A stretch of DNA of 45,991 nucleotides from Elusimicrobiota bacterium. Its GTDB lineage: Bacteria; Elusimicrobiota; Elusimicrobia; UBA1565. Made by a program: the position numbers and the translations under genes. The notes under the pieces are model-generated. The model had not been told where the DNA came from. It ran no database searches and saw nothing but the letters and a program-made list of their open reading frames with translations. Numbering within the stretch: position 1 is the stretch's first letter; each line of letters begins with the position of its first letter. The stretch covers positions 1-45,991 of the forward strand of contig JBDREN010000171.1 in NCBI GenBank assembly GCA_043819795.1, in the 5' to 3' direction. This document shows positions 9,063-19,200 of this stretch, one piece after another.

Positions 9063-9240
9063 TGTCCGCGTTCCTCCCCCGCGGGGAGGAATGCGCCTGT
9101 GGAGGGGGCCAGCCCCATCCCCACTCCCCGGCCCTCTCCCGTGGGGAGGTGTCCGCGTTCCTCCCCCGCGGGGAGGAATGCGCCTATGGAGGGGGCCAGC
9201 ATCATCCCCACTCCCCGGCCCTCTCCCGCGGGGAGAGGGA
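9063..9240. repeat. Two tandem ~87-bp REP-like palindromic units
   Basis: Units start at 9063 and 9150 and are nearly identical. Each has the hairpin GCGTTCCTCCCC-CGC-GGGGAGGAATGC and a CCCTCTCCC..GGGAG(AGGG) hairpin. Confidence 0.9.
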
Positions 9241-9259
9241 GAACGCGCCCCCCTACTTG

Positions 9260-9284
9260 AGCAGCCCCCCGTGGGGGGGCTGCT
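9260..9284. terminator. GC hairpin directly downstream of rho
   Basis: AGCAGCCCCCC-GTG-GGGGGGCTGCT, an 11-bp stem. There is no clear U-tract, so it may be a stabilising hairpin rather than a terminator. Confidence 0.4.
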
Positions 9285-9288
9285 ATCA

Positions 9289-10653
9289 TCACATACTCGA
9301 CAGCTCCATGGACTTCAAAAAGTCCTTGTTGGACTTCGTCGCTAGGAGTTTGTCGTAGAGCAGCTGCATCGCGTCCACCGAGGTCAGCGGCGCCAGGACC
9401 TTGCGCAGGATCCAGACCTTGTTGAGCTCGTCCTCGTTGAGCAGGAGCTCCTCCTTCCGGGTCCCCGAACGGTTGATCTCGATGGCCGGGAACAGCCGGC
9501 GATCGGACAGCTTGCGGTCGAGCACGAGCTCCGAGTTGCCGGTGCCCTTGAACTCCTCGAAGATGACCTCGTCCATGCGGCTTCCGGTCTCGACGAGCGC
9601 CGTGGCGACGATCGTGAGGCTGCCGCCCTCCTCGATCTTGCGCGCCGCGCCGAGAAACCGCTTCGGCCGCTGCAGGGAGGTGGCCTCGAGCCCGCCCGAG
9701 AGCACCCGCCCGGAGGACGGGGCGATCGTGTTGTAGGCGCGCGCCAGGCGGGTGATCGAGTCGAGCAGGATGACGACGTCCTTGCCCATCTCGACCTGCC
9801 GCTTGGCCTTCTCGAGGACCATCTCGGAGACCTGCACGTGGCGGTCGGCCGGCTCGTCGAAGGTGGAGGCGATGACCTCTCCCTTGACCGAACGCTGCAT
9901 GTCGGTGACCTCTTCGGGGCGCTCGTCGATGAGCAGGACCAGAAGGACGATATCGGGATGGTTCTCCGTCAGGGCGTTGGCGATCTTTTGGAGCATGATC
10001 GTCTTGCCGGTCTTCGGCGCCGCCACGATCAAGGCCCGCTGGCCCATTCCGATGGGGGAGATCAGGTCTATCGTCCGCGTCGTAAGCTCCTGGCGCGCCG
10101 TCTCGAGCTTGAAGCGCTGGTTCGGGTGCAGCGGCGTCAGGTTGTCGAATACGGTCCCGGCCTTGAGGTTCTCGCTCGGGACCCCGTTCACGCTGACGAC
10201 CTGGAGCAGGGCGAAAAAGCGCTCGCCGTCCTTCGGCGGGCGGACGAAGCCGGAGACCGTATCGCCCTTGCGCAGGCCGAACTTCTTGATCTGCGAGGGC
10301 GATACGTAGATATCGTCGGGGCCAGCCAGGTAGTTGTAGTCCGGAGAGCGCAGGAACCCGAAGCCGTCGGGCAGGATCTCGAGGACGCCCTCGTCGTAGA
10401 TCGTCCCGTGGCGCTTCGCCTGGCCCTCCAGGATCTTGACGATCAGCTCCTGCTTGCGCAGCCCCGCGATGCTCTCCAGCTTCATTTCCTCGGCCATCTT
10501 GATCAGCTCGGAGATCTTCTTCTTGCTGAGCTCAGTTACGTCCAACTGCATGCCTGCGGGTCCCTGCGGCCTGCCGCCGGGCCCGGACTCTCTCCTGCTC
10601 CTCTGATCGGAGGCGTACTTCGACGACTCCGCGGGACGTGTGGCTTGGCTCAT
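9289..10653 (-). CDS. rho: Transcription termination factor Rho
   Basis: Motifs [24 protein letters not shown], Walker [33 protein letters not shown] and EEFKGTGN. Confidence 0.99.
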   Translation of the reverse strand: MSQATRPAESSKYASDQRSRRESGPGGRPQGPAGMQLDVTELSKKKISELIKMAEEMKLESIAGLRKQELIVKILEGQAKRHGTIYDEGVLEILPDGFGFLRSPDYNYLAGPDDIYVSPSQIKKFGLRKGDTVSGFVRPPKDGERFFALLQVVSVNGVPSENLKAGTVFDNLTPLHPNQRFKLETARQELTTRTIDLISPIGMGQRALIVAAPKTGKTIMLQKIANALTENHPDIVLLVLLIDERPEEVTDMQRSVKGEVIASTFDEPADRHVQVSEMVLEKAKRQVEMGKDVVILLDSITRLARAYNTIAPSSGRVLSGGLEATSLQRPKRFLGAARKIEEGGSLTIVATALVETGSRMDEVIFEEFKGTGNSELVLDRKLSDRRLFPAIEINRSGTRKEELLLNEDELNKVWILRKVLAPLTSVDAMQLLYDKLLATKSNKDFLKSMELSSM

Positions 10654-10655
10654 GA

Positions 10656-11273
10656 CTACCTCCAGGTGCTCCTCGCGATTAGGTTGAAAGCGTTCTGGTA
10701 CTCCCCGACCGCGCGGCGCAGCTCGCGCAGCCCCCCATGGTTGCGGATCACGACGTCCGCCTTGCGCTCCTTGTGCGTCATCGGCAGCTGGGCCCGCAAG
10801 CGGCTCAGGACCTCGGCCCGGCCCACGCCGTCGCGCCTCATCACGCGCCCGAGCTGAGCGCGCCGGGGCGCGGTCACGACCACGCTCACGTCGAACTCCC
10901 GCTGGAGGCCGCGCTCGTAAAGGAGCGGGACATCCACCACGACGACCGGCCGCGCGACCCGCTTCAGACGCCGACGCATCTCCCTGAGGATCGGCGGATG
11001 GGAGGCCGCCTCCAGGCGTCGGCGCAGGCGCGGCCGCGCGAACACGATCTTCCCCAGGGCCTTCCGGTCGATCTCCCCGGCCCGGCCCAAGAAACCCCGG
11101 CCGAAAGCCTTTAGGATCGCCCGGTAGACCGGCTTCCCCTTCCGGGAGAGCTCGTGGGCCACCGCGTCCAAGGAGATCGTCGCGGCCCCGGCCCGGCCGA
11201 AGGCCTTCAACGCCTCGCTCTTGCCCGTCCCGATCCCGCCGGTCAAGGCGACCCGGAGCGCTCGCTCAGGCAT
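10656..11273 (-). CDS. coaE: Dephospho-CoA kinase
   Basis: Motifs [29 protein letters not shown] and KADVVIRN. Confidence 0.95.
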   Translation of the reverse strand: MPERALRVALTGGIGTGKSEALKAFGRAGAATISLDAVAHELSRKGKPVYRAILKAFGRGFLGRAGEIDRKALGKIVFARPRLRRRLEAASHPPILREMRRRLKRVARPVVVVDVPLLYERGLQREFDVSVVVTAPRRAQLGRVMRRDGVGRAEVLSRLRAQLPMTHKERKADVVIRNHGGLRELRRAVGEYQNAFNLIARSTWR

Positions 11274-12108
11274 GGCCCCCGGGCCTCTTTCCGGCTTGGC
11301 GGCGCAGGATATCGCGTTCCCGCTCAGTGAGCGCCGCCTCGCCCTTGTCGAGGATCTTGTCGAGGATCCGATCGACCTCGGCCATCTCGTCGGCGGGCCT
11401 GCTCAGCTCGACGGTCCTCTTCCCCGCCTGCCGGCGCCGGCGGGGAACGGCGGCCGGGCGCTCCCTGCCCCGTGTCCAGCCATGCAGCGCGCCCTTCGTG
11501 CGGATCTTGACGATCCACCACCACCGGATATAAAGGTAGCCGATGATCATCCCGCCTAGATGGGCGAAACGCGCGACCATGGGGCTGCCGGAGCCCGTGG
11601 CGGCCAGGAACTCGAGTACGCCCACCAGGATGGCCATGTGCTTGGCCTTGATGGGGAAGACGAAATAGAGATAGACGACCGCGTTCGGATAGAGCATCGC
11701 GAACGCCACCAACAACCCGTAGATGGCCCCCGAGGCGCCGACGATCGGCACGGGCGAATGGGGCGTCACCGCCACATTGAACAGGCCCGCTCCGACCCCG
11801 CAGATCAGGTAGTACTTCAGGAACTCGCGGGGCCCCCACTGGGCCTCGACGGCCATGCCGAACATCCACAGCACGAAGAGGTTGATCAGGAGATGGAACG
11901 GCCCGGCATGGATGAACAGGTAGGTGAAGGGCTGCCAGATCCAGCGCTCGTGCACGACCTTCGCCGGGACCAGGCCGAAGAGCCCGACGAACTGCCCTCC
12001 CACGAGCAGCGAGAGGACGAATACGCCGACATTCGCGATGATGAGGGCCTTGATGATGGGCGACATCATCCGGAAGTTCAGGGGGCTGTGCTCGGCGCCG
12101 CGCGTCAT
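11266..12108 (-). CDS. Rhomboid family intramembrane serine protease with a C-terminal helical tail
   Basis: Motifs WQPFTYLFIH, HLLINL, GASG (Ser) and AHLGG (His); the tail contains VDRILDKI. Start at ATG 12108, overlapping the polA TGA. Confidence 0.92.
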   Translation of the reverse strand: MTRGAEHSPLNFRMMSPIIKALIIANVGVFVLSLLVGGQFVGLFGLVPAKVVHERWIWQPFTYLFIHAGPFHLLINLFVLWMFGMAVEAQWGPREFLKYYLICGVGAGLFNVAVTPHSPVPIVGASGAIYGLLVAFAMLYPNAVVYLYFVFPIKAKHMAILVGVLEFLAATGSGSPMVARFAHLGGMIIGYLYIRWWWIVKIRTKGALHGWTRGRERPAAVPRRRRQAGKRTVELSRPADEMAEVDRILDKILDKGEAALTERERDILRRQAGKRPGGHA

Positions 12109-14744
12109 TGGTCGAGAGCCTCCATCTCCTGCCAGTTCGCCCCCGTCTTGACGTCCACGACGACCGGGACGCTCAAACGCAGGGCGGTCTCCATCTCCCT
12201 CTTCACCCACTTCCCGAAAGGCCCGGCCTCTTCGCGGGACAGCTCGAAGATCAGCTCGTCGTGCACCTGCAGGACCAGCAGGGCATTCCACTCGGAGCCG
12301 GCGCGCAGCTTGCGATGGATGTTGACCATGGCCGCCTTGATGATATCGGCCGATGTCCCCTGGATCGGCGTGTTGACGGCCACGCGCTCGTTGAAGCTCC
12401 TGACCTGGAAGTTCCTGGCTCCGATATCGGGTAGGTAGCGCACGCGCCCCAGCAGGGTCCTCACGAGACCGTCGCGCCTCGCGGCCTCCAGGGTCCTCTT
12501 GATCCACGCGTCCACGCCCCGGTAGCGCTCGAAGTAGCGCTTGATGTAGCGCTGCGCCTCGCCGCGGGGGATGCCGAGCTCCACGGAAAGCCCGTGGGCG
12601 CTCTGCCCGTAGACGATGCCGAAGTTCACGGCCTTCGCCCGGCGGCGCATCTCCCGGTCGATCCGGTCGGGCGGCGTCTCGAAGACCTCGCTCGCGGTCT
12701 TGAGGTGGATGTCGTCGCCCCTCTCGAACGCCCCGCGCAGGACCGGGTCCTCCGAGAGATGAGCCAGCGCGCGCAGGTCGATCTGGGAGTAGTCGGCCGA
12801 CAGCAGCACGTTCCCCTTCCCGGCCGTGAACGCGCGACGGATCTTTCGCCCGAGCGGCGTCCGGACCGGGATGTTCTGAAGGTTGGGGTCCAGGCTCGAA
12901 AGCCGGCCGGTGGCCGTCCCCGCCTGGTTGAAATGGGAATGGATCCGCCCCGTCCGGGCGTCCACCCTCTCCAGTAGACCCTCGACGTAGGTGGATTGGA
13001 GCTTCGTAAGCTCCCGGTAGTCTATGATCCTGGCGGGTACGGCGTGCAGCGGCGCCAGGGCGCGCAGGGCCTCCTCGTCGGTGGAGCGGCCGCCCTTCTT
13101 CGTCTTGTGGACGATCGGGAGCCCGAGCTTGTCGTAGAACAGCTCCGCGAGCTGCTTCGGCGACCTCGGGTTGATCTCGACGCCGGCCAGATCGTCGATC
13201 TCCCTCTTGATCTCCAGGATCTTGGCCTCGAACTCCGCCCGCAGACCGCGCAGGTAGTCGGCGTCGAGCGCTATCCCGGCATCCTCCATATCGGCGAGGA
13301 CATCGAGCATCGGAAGCTCGATGTCCCTGTAGAGCGTATCGAGGCCCTTGCCCGGAAGCTCGGCCTCCAGCCTCTCGCGCAGCGCCCAGAGGGCCGCCGC
13401 CCGCCGCGCGAGGGCTTTCGCCGGCTCCTCGGCCGGGAGATCCGCCCCGCTGTGAGCGCGCAGGACGGAGCCCAGGTCGTACCGGGAGCGGGCGGGGTCG
13501 AGACAATAAGCGGCGAGCATCGTATCCGACACCACGCCCGAGATCTCGAGCCCGGCCTCCCGCAAGAGACGCTTGCAGGCCTTGAGGTCGTGTCCGATCT
13601 TGGCGGGCTTATCCCCTCCCAGCAGCTTGGCGAGCGCCTCGCGATGGCGCTCGAAATCGGCGTCCGCGAAACAGGCCGCGCGGCCGTCCGGCAGGCCGAG
13701 CGCCGCCATGGGCCGGGCCCCGTGCAGAAGGTCGGGCTGGTCCGCCTTGTCCGCGGCGACCGAGACGGCGCCGGCGCGCTGGGCCGCCTTGAGGAACGCA
13801 TTCGGGCTTACGTGCTGGAAAGGCGTTTCCACCGCGCGCCCGGATCCGGCAGGAGGCGCGGGAGAGCGCCCGGGCAGCCCCATCTCGCCGAGCAGGCTGT
13901 CGAATTCAAAGCGGCTCAATGTCTCCGCGAGGCGCCGGGGCTCGGGAGCCGACACCCGGCAGCCGCGCGCGCCGATCGCGACGGGAACGGAGGCGTGCAG
14001 CCGAATGAGCTCCCGTGTTTTCAACACTTTTTCTTCGCTCTCCACGAGGGCCCGGCGCGCCGAATCCGAAATATCCGCATGCCCCTTATGGGCGGCCTTG
14101 AGCAGGGCCTCGAGCGAACCGAAGCGCCCCAGAAGCTTCGCCGCCCCGACGGGACCGATGCCGGGGACGCCCGGGACGTTGTCGGAGGCGTCGCCGACGA
14201 TGGCTAGGTAGTCCACCATCTGCCGGGGCCGGACCTTGAACTTCTCCGCGACCCTGTCCGCGTCGAAACGGACCCCTTTGGCCTCGTCCAGGACGCTCAC
14301 GTCGCCGCCCACCAGTTGGAGCGCGTCCTTATCCCCGCTTACCAAGACGACCTTCAGTCCCTCGCTCGCGCCTTCACGCGCCAGCGTGGCCAGCAGGTCG
14401 TCGGCCTCGTAGCCGGGCACGGCGACCGCCGCGAAGCCCATGCCGGCGACCAGCTCCTGCGCGTGGGCGAGCTGCCACTTGAGGTCCTCGTCGGCCTCCG
14501 CCCGGTTCGCCTTGTACTCCTTGTACGCCTTGTGCCGAAAAGTCGGCTCCGGGGTATCGAAGCAGACGGCCAGGTAGTCGGGCTTCTCGTCCTTGATGAG
14601 CTTGAGCAGCATGCGAGCGAAACCGTAAAGAGCCCACGTGGGCTCGCCGGACCGTGTCTTCATCTGGGTCCGGGACAGCGCGTGGTACGCCCGATGCAGA
14701 TAGGCATGGGCGTCCACAAGGAAGAGGCGCTGCTCTGCGGTCAT
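12105..14744 (-). CDS. polA: DNA polymerase I
   Basis: 5'-3' exonuclease motifs (YKANR, YEADD, GDASDNVPGVPGIG) and polymerase motifs (TGRLSS.DPNLQNIP, ADYSQID, AKAVNFGIVYG, QVHDEL). Start is either ATG 14744 or GTG 14756. Confidence 0.98.
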   Translation of the reverse strand: MTAEQRLFLVDAHAYLHRAYHALSRTQMKTRSGEPTWALYGFARMLLKLIKDEKPDYLAVCFDTPEPTFRHKAYKEYKANRAEADEDLKWQLAHAQELVAGMGFAAVAVPGYEADDLLATLAREGASEGLKVVLVSGDKDALQLVGGDVSVLDEAKGVRFDADRVAEKFKVRPRQMVDYLAIVGDASDNVPGVPGIGPVGAAKLLGRFGSLEALLKAAHKGHADISDSARRALVESEEKVLKTRELIRLHASVPVAIGARGCRVSAPEPRRLAETLSRFEFDSLLGEMGLPGRSPAPPAGSGRAVETPFQHVSPNAFLKAAQRAGAVSVAADKADQPDLLHGARPMAALGLPDGRAACFADADFERHREALAKLLGGDKPAKIGHDLKACKRLLREAGLEISGVVSDTMLAAYCLDPARSRYDLGSVLRAHSGADLPAEEPAKALARRAAALWALRERLEAELPGKGLDTLYRDIELPMLDVLADMEDAGIALDADYLRGLRAEFEAKILEIKREIDDLAGVEINPRSPKQLAELFYDKLGLPIVHKTKKGGRSTDEEALRALAPLHAVPARIIDYRELTKLQSTYVEGLLERVDARTGRIHSHFNQAGTATGRLSSLDPNLQNIPVRTPLGRKIRRAFTAGKGNVLLSADYSQIDLRALAHLSEDPVLRGAFERGDDIHLKTASEVFETPPDRIDREMRRRAKAVNFGIVYGQSAHGLSVELGIPRGEAQRYIKRYFERYRGVDAWIKRTLEAARRDGLVRTLLGRVRYLPDIGARNFQVRSFNERVAVNTPIQGTSADIIKAAMVNIHRKLRAGSEWNALLVLQVHDELIFELSREEAGPFGKWVKREMETALRLSVPVVVDVKTGANWQEMEALDQ

Positions 14745-14819
14745 CGTCGGAGCCACTGGCTCGCTCGTCGTTCGGTGATTACTGAGACTCGTGAAAATAT
14801 CAGCGGTGCGGCGGTCCCG

Positions 14820-15374
14820 TCAGGAGGCGTCCTTCCCTCGGAGCGACGCGCGTACGGCGGCGCGGATTTCCTCCTCCAGCTGCCCGTCAAAACCGACCCA
14901 GTGATCGCGAAGGCGGCCGTCGCGATCGATCAAGAACGTCTCGGGCAGCCCGCGGATCCCGTAGGCCTCCATCGCCGTCTCATCGGAGTCGAGGAGAACC
15001 GTGTAGGCCATCCCGCGCTCCTTGACGAACTCCGGAACGTGCTCGGCGTAGGCGTCAACGCTGATCCCGACCACCTCCAGGCCATCCGCGCGATACCGCT
15101 CGTACATCCGCTGGAAAGCGGGGATCGACTCATGGCACGGAAGACAGTAGGTCGCCCAGAAGTCGAGGAGCGTGACCTTCCCCTGGAAATCGCTCAACCG
15201 TACGGTCTTCCCGGAAAGATCCTTCAGCTCGAAGTTCGGCGCCCGCTCCGGGAGCCGGCCAGTCTTCGCCTCCGACCCTTCGGGACGACCGCACCCCGCC
15301 GACGCGACAAACACCGCCAAGAAAAAGGGGGCGGCAGCGGCCAGCCGTTCAGTTGCTGGCGACCAGATCGTCAA
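14820..15374 (-). CDS. TlpA/ResA family thiol-disulfide oxidoreductase, probable lipoprotein
   Basis: Lipobox-like ASAGC, APNFEL, DFWATYCLPC and GLPETFLID. Start uncertain; TTG 15374 chosen. Confidence 0.85.
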   Translation of the reverse strand: MTIWSPATERLAAAAPFFLAVFVASAGCGRPEGSEAKTGRLPERAPNFELKDLSGKTVRLSDFQGKVTLLDFWATYCLPCHESIPAFQRMYERYRADGLEVVGISVDAYAEHVPEFVKERGMAYTVLLDSDETAMEAYGIRGLPETFLIDRDGRLRDHWVGFDGQLEEEIRAAVRASLRGKDAS

Positions 15375-15678
15375 GCGTCTTCTTGATGTCCGCCTTGGAG
15401 TGGACGCCCACGAGCTGGTTTTCGACCTTCCCCCCCTTGAAGAACAGGATCGTGGGGATGGCCGAGATATTGAAGCGTGTGGCCGCGTTGGGATTGTCAT
15501 CGGTGTTGAGCTTGGCCACCTTCACTTTCCCGGAGTACTCCTTCGCGAGCTCCTCAACGATAGGAGTCAGCATCCGGCAAGGGCCGCACCAAGGGGCCCA
15601 AAAATCCACCAGAACGGGGTCCGGGCATCGGAGGACTTCCTTCTCGAAAGACTCGTCTGTAAGCTGGATTTCAGACAT
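15349..15678 (-). CDS. trxA: Thioredoxin
   Basis: VDFWAPWCGPC and IPT motifs, 109 aa, SD AGGAGG. Confidence 0.97.
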   Translation of the reverse strand: MSEIQLTDESFEKEVLRCPDPVLVDFWAPWCGPCRMLTPIVEELAKEYSGKVKVAKLNTDDNPNAATRFNISAIPTILFFKGGKVENQLVGVHSKADIKKTLDDLVASN

Positions 15679-15792
15679 CGGGCGCCTCCTGGGGAGGGAT
15701 GGGTTCTGTGGAAATCCTTAACGGAACGGGTTGCGGGATCTTAGCGGATGACTGCCGTCCGTACGACGCCTACATGATAGCAGGGCTGCGTC

Positions 15793-16176
15793 TCACCTGT
15801 CAAGAAGATAACGGACCTCTTCGCACAGGGACTCGGGGTTGATCGGCTTGGAAAGGTACGCGTCGGCGCCCGTGAGCAGGCCCTCCGCCCGATCCGCCGG
15901 CTCGGTGTATTTCGCCGAGCAGAGCACGATCGGGACGTCCCGGTAGCGGTCGTCCCTTTTCAAGGCCCGGCACAGCTGGAAGCCGTTGACGTCGGGCAGC
16001 TGCACGTCGAGGAGGATCACCGAAGGCCGCCGGCTCCCGAGGTGCTCGAGAGCCTGGGAGCCCGAGACCGCCCCCTCCACATGCATGTCCTTGAGCGCCA
16101 TGGCGTCGGACAGGGTTTCGCGGAAGTTGTCGTCGTCGTCGACGACGAGGATGCACGTCTGTGTTGCGGTTGCCAT
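15793..16176 (-). CDS. Single-domain (CheY-like) response regulator
   Basis: Motifs ILVVDDD, LLDVQLPDVNG (phospho-Asp) and GADAYLSKP. No output domain. Confidence 0.92.
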   Translation of the reverse strand: MATATQTCILVVDDDDNFRETLSDAMALKDMHVEGAVSGSQALEHLGSRRPSVILLDVQLPDVNGFQLCRALKRDDRYRDVPIVLCSAKYTEPADRAEGLLTGADAYLSKPINPESLCEEVRYLLDR

Positions 16177-16267
16177 AGTTACTTTGTCCTGGATCTATTC
16201 CAAGTATAGGGCACGGTTCCCGCCGCGCCAAGGGTCTCGTGGCCCATGCCGTATAGGGCTTTAGGCC

Positions 16268-19200
16268 TCACTTCTTCGCCCCCCCGGAAGCGGCGCGAGC
16301 GGGCGCCGCCCGGCCCGCCAGCCAAAGCGCGAACCGCGCGAGCGCCCCGCTCCTCGCCGGCGTGAGGCCCTCCGCGACGAGCTTCTTGTAGGCGGCGTGC
16401 ACGGCGCTGAAGCCGTCGCCGATGGCGTAGTCCGGCTGATCATGCTCGTTGCTCAGCGTGTCCATGGACGCCTTCACGATCTTATTGAGAGCCGGCCCCA
16501 CCTTGGTGACGCCGAAAAGCATGGCCAGCATCACGAGCGTTCCCGCGAATTTGGGCGTCGACATGGAGGTCCCCGAGATGGCCTTGACCGGGCCCAGTTT
16601 CGGGTCCACCCGGCCCGGCCTGCGGTCGGCCGGCCACGGGCCCTCCGTATCCTCGCCCTGCTCCGCGACGTCGGGCTTGCGCGGATAGTCCTTCCATTTG
16701 CCGCCGCGCTCCGTCACCTGGCTGCCCGGCCCCTGGGAGGAGAAGGCCGCCCGCTTCTTGTTTCGCTTCGTTGCCGCCACGGCGATCACGCCGGGCGCGC
16801 CGGTCACCGCATCCCGGTGATGGATGATCGCCGGCGAGCCGATGGTGTTCTTCCCGTAATAGCCGTTGTTGCCCGCGGCGAAGACCATTATATGGCCTTC
16901 CTCGGCGAGCTTCTTGACCAGGATGGAATCGGGGCTCTCGGGGTTCCCGTCGCCGGAGCCCCACGAGTTGGAGATCACGATGTTGCCGTCGTTGCCGGCC
17001 ATCGTCAGGGCCTTGAGCACGTCGTCGAGGGTCGCGCCGCCGTTCGAGAACGCCTTGTAATGGGTGAGGCTTCCCCTGAGCCAGGGCGCGAACCACAGGA
17101 CCATCCCCGTCACCCAGGAGCCGTGCCCGTTGTCGTCCGCTCCGTCGCCTCCCGGCCTCACGTCCTTCGCGGCCTTGAGGCCGGGCTTGATGAGCTTATG
17201 CCCGGCGTCGACGCCGGTGTCGATGACCCCGACCGGGGGCTGGGGGATGGCGGTGCCCGCCAGCCGCAGCGCGGCCCTGGCCAGCCGGGCTCCGAAGCTC
17301 TCGCCCGGCGGGCCCCATTGCTTCCGGGCGATCTCGTGCACCTTGTCCATCGTGGAGATCTTCAGGGTCTCGGGCATCGTCACGGCGCCGCCCCGCTGGG
17401 GCCGGGCCAACGGCTTCTTCGCGCTCGGATCGTCCTCGATGGGCCGGACGATCTCGCGCCGCTCGTTGTCGTATACCTTGAAGCCCCTGGCCGTCATCGC
17501 GGCCTTGAACTCGGCGGCCCGAGGAGCGGGGACGCGGATCGTGGCCGTGTTTATCCTCTTATAGGTAGCCACGGGAGCGGCGTTGAAGGCGCTGAGGGAC
17601 TGCGATTCGAGGCCGGCCAAAGCGAGCTGGGCCGCCATCGCCTGCTGCATCGCCCCGTAGCGGCGCATGCCGCCGAGCAGCCCCACGTCGGCGAGGCTGA
17701 GCATGATGTCGTGGGAAAGCGGGCGCTTGCTGCCGGTGAAGCGCACGATGACGTCCACCGCCGCGGGTGTCTCCTGGGCCGCCTCCGCCGCCTGGACCGG
17801 CGCATCCGACGAGCCGGGCATGAACCGCCCGGCCAACAGCCCCACCGCCATCAACGCCGGCAGCGCGGCCGAGGCCATCTGCGTGGGAGTCCGCAGCAGC
17901 CACGCGCTCGCCTTGGAGATGGTGTAGACGAGCCCGCCGGACAAGAACGCAAGCGCCGCCAGACCGACGCCGATCTGGGTCATGCGATGCGAATCGAGCC
18001 ACTTCGCCACGCGGGGCGCCTTGAACCAGTCCGAGACGACGTGCCGGACGACGTGGCTCCCGTCGAGCGGCGCGAAGGGCAGGAGGTTGAACACGCCGAG
18101 CAGCACGTTGAAGAATACCGCCAACGCCGCCACCGTGGGCGCGATCCCCGTCACGCCGAGCGCCAGCAGGGCCGCATGGACGGCCCCGGCCCCGACGGCG
18201 ACGCCGAAGTTCACGGCCGGCCCGGCCAGCGCCACCTTGGCCATGTCCGCGCTCGGCCGCTTGAAGCTGGCCGGATCCACCCGGACGGGCTTGGCCCCGC
18301 CCAGGGCGATCGGGACGCCGAAGGACGCCATCGAAGCCGCGAGCATCCCGATGGGGAGCAGGAGCGTCGCGAAAGGATCTATATGGGAAAGGAGGCTCTT
18401 CGGCGTGAAGCTCATGCGGCCCGCCAGCTTCGGAGCGGAATCGCCCAGCTTGTCGGCGGCCCAGGCATGGCCCATCTCATGAAGGATAAGGGATGGGACC
18501 ACGATCCCCAGATACGCCGCGATCGCCACCGGCAGCGTCAGCGACGCCATAGCGGCGGCCATGACGCCGGTGCCCGCCACGATGCCCGGAAGCGCCGAGA
18601 AGAGGACGTCGTTGCCGCCCCCGCCGCCGCCTCCGAAATCGCCGGGGTAATCCGTCGAGTCCGGGCCCGGGTCGGTCTGCCGCCGCGGGTTGCCCAGGTC
18701 GTCGACGTCGGGGTTGATGTCGTTGCCGCCGTCCTCGTCCCGCGTCCGGGGATAGTCCGGCATGTTGGACCGGCCCCTCCGAGCGGCCTGCAGCCGGACG
18801 GACGAGCGAGAGAACGAAGCCAGCGTCCCGTCCCGCGAAGCGGCCGCGGCCACGGAGCGGCCGGAGAAGGCGCTGCCGGGGCCGATCCGGGCGATGAAAT
18901 CGGTATGGGCCGCGTCCTTGGCGGCGGCCGACGACATGCTCCCGAACCTCGGGATATTCAGGCTCAGACCCTTGATCGCGCTCCGGGCCCTATTCTCGCC
19001 TTCGCGCTTCGCGACGGCGGACCGCGCGCCGGGAGGTCCGCGGGTATCGGAGAGAGAGAGCTGCGGGGCGGCGGAAGCCCGCGGGGATTCGGCGATCGAA
19101 GCGGCCGCGGACGGAATCGCGCTCGGGAGGACGGACGCGGCCGCCGGAAGAGCCTGGCTGGCCGATCTTGCGTCGACCTTGGGCGCGGGAGCCAGAGTGG

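Noticed and set aside
9283..9291. Triple stop TGA TGA TAG after rho as a sign of recoding
   Set aside because: TGA, TAG and TAA all terminate conserved genes at their expected ends in this window, so the standard code fits.
8969..9358. Short ORFs between rho and rpmE
   Set aside because: They are translations of the REP-like palindromes (PLPxGEG-type peptides).
11266..13506. 746-aa rhomboid fusion shown in the ORF track
   Set aside because: The upstream part overlaps polA in another frame. The rhomboid starts at the ATGA overlap at 12108.
13300..13850. Degenerate 3'-5' exonuclease domain in PolA
   Set aside because: Loss of proofreading motifs in Pol I is common in many bacterial lineages.
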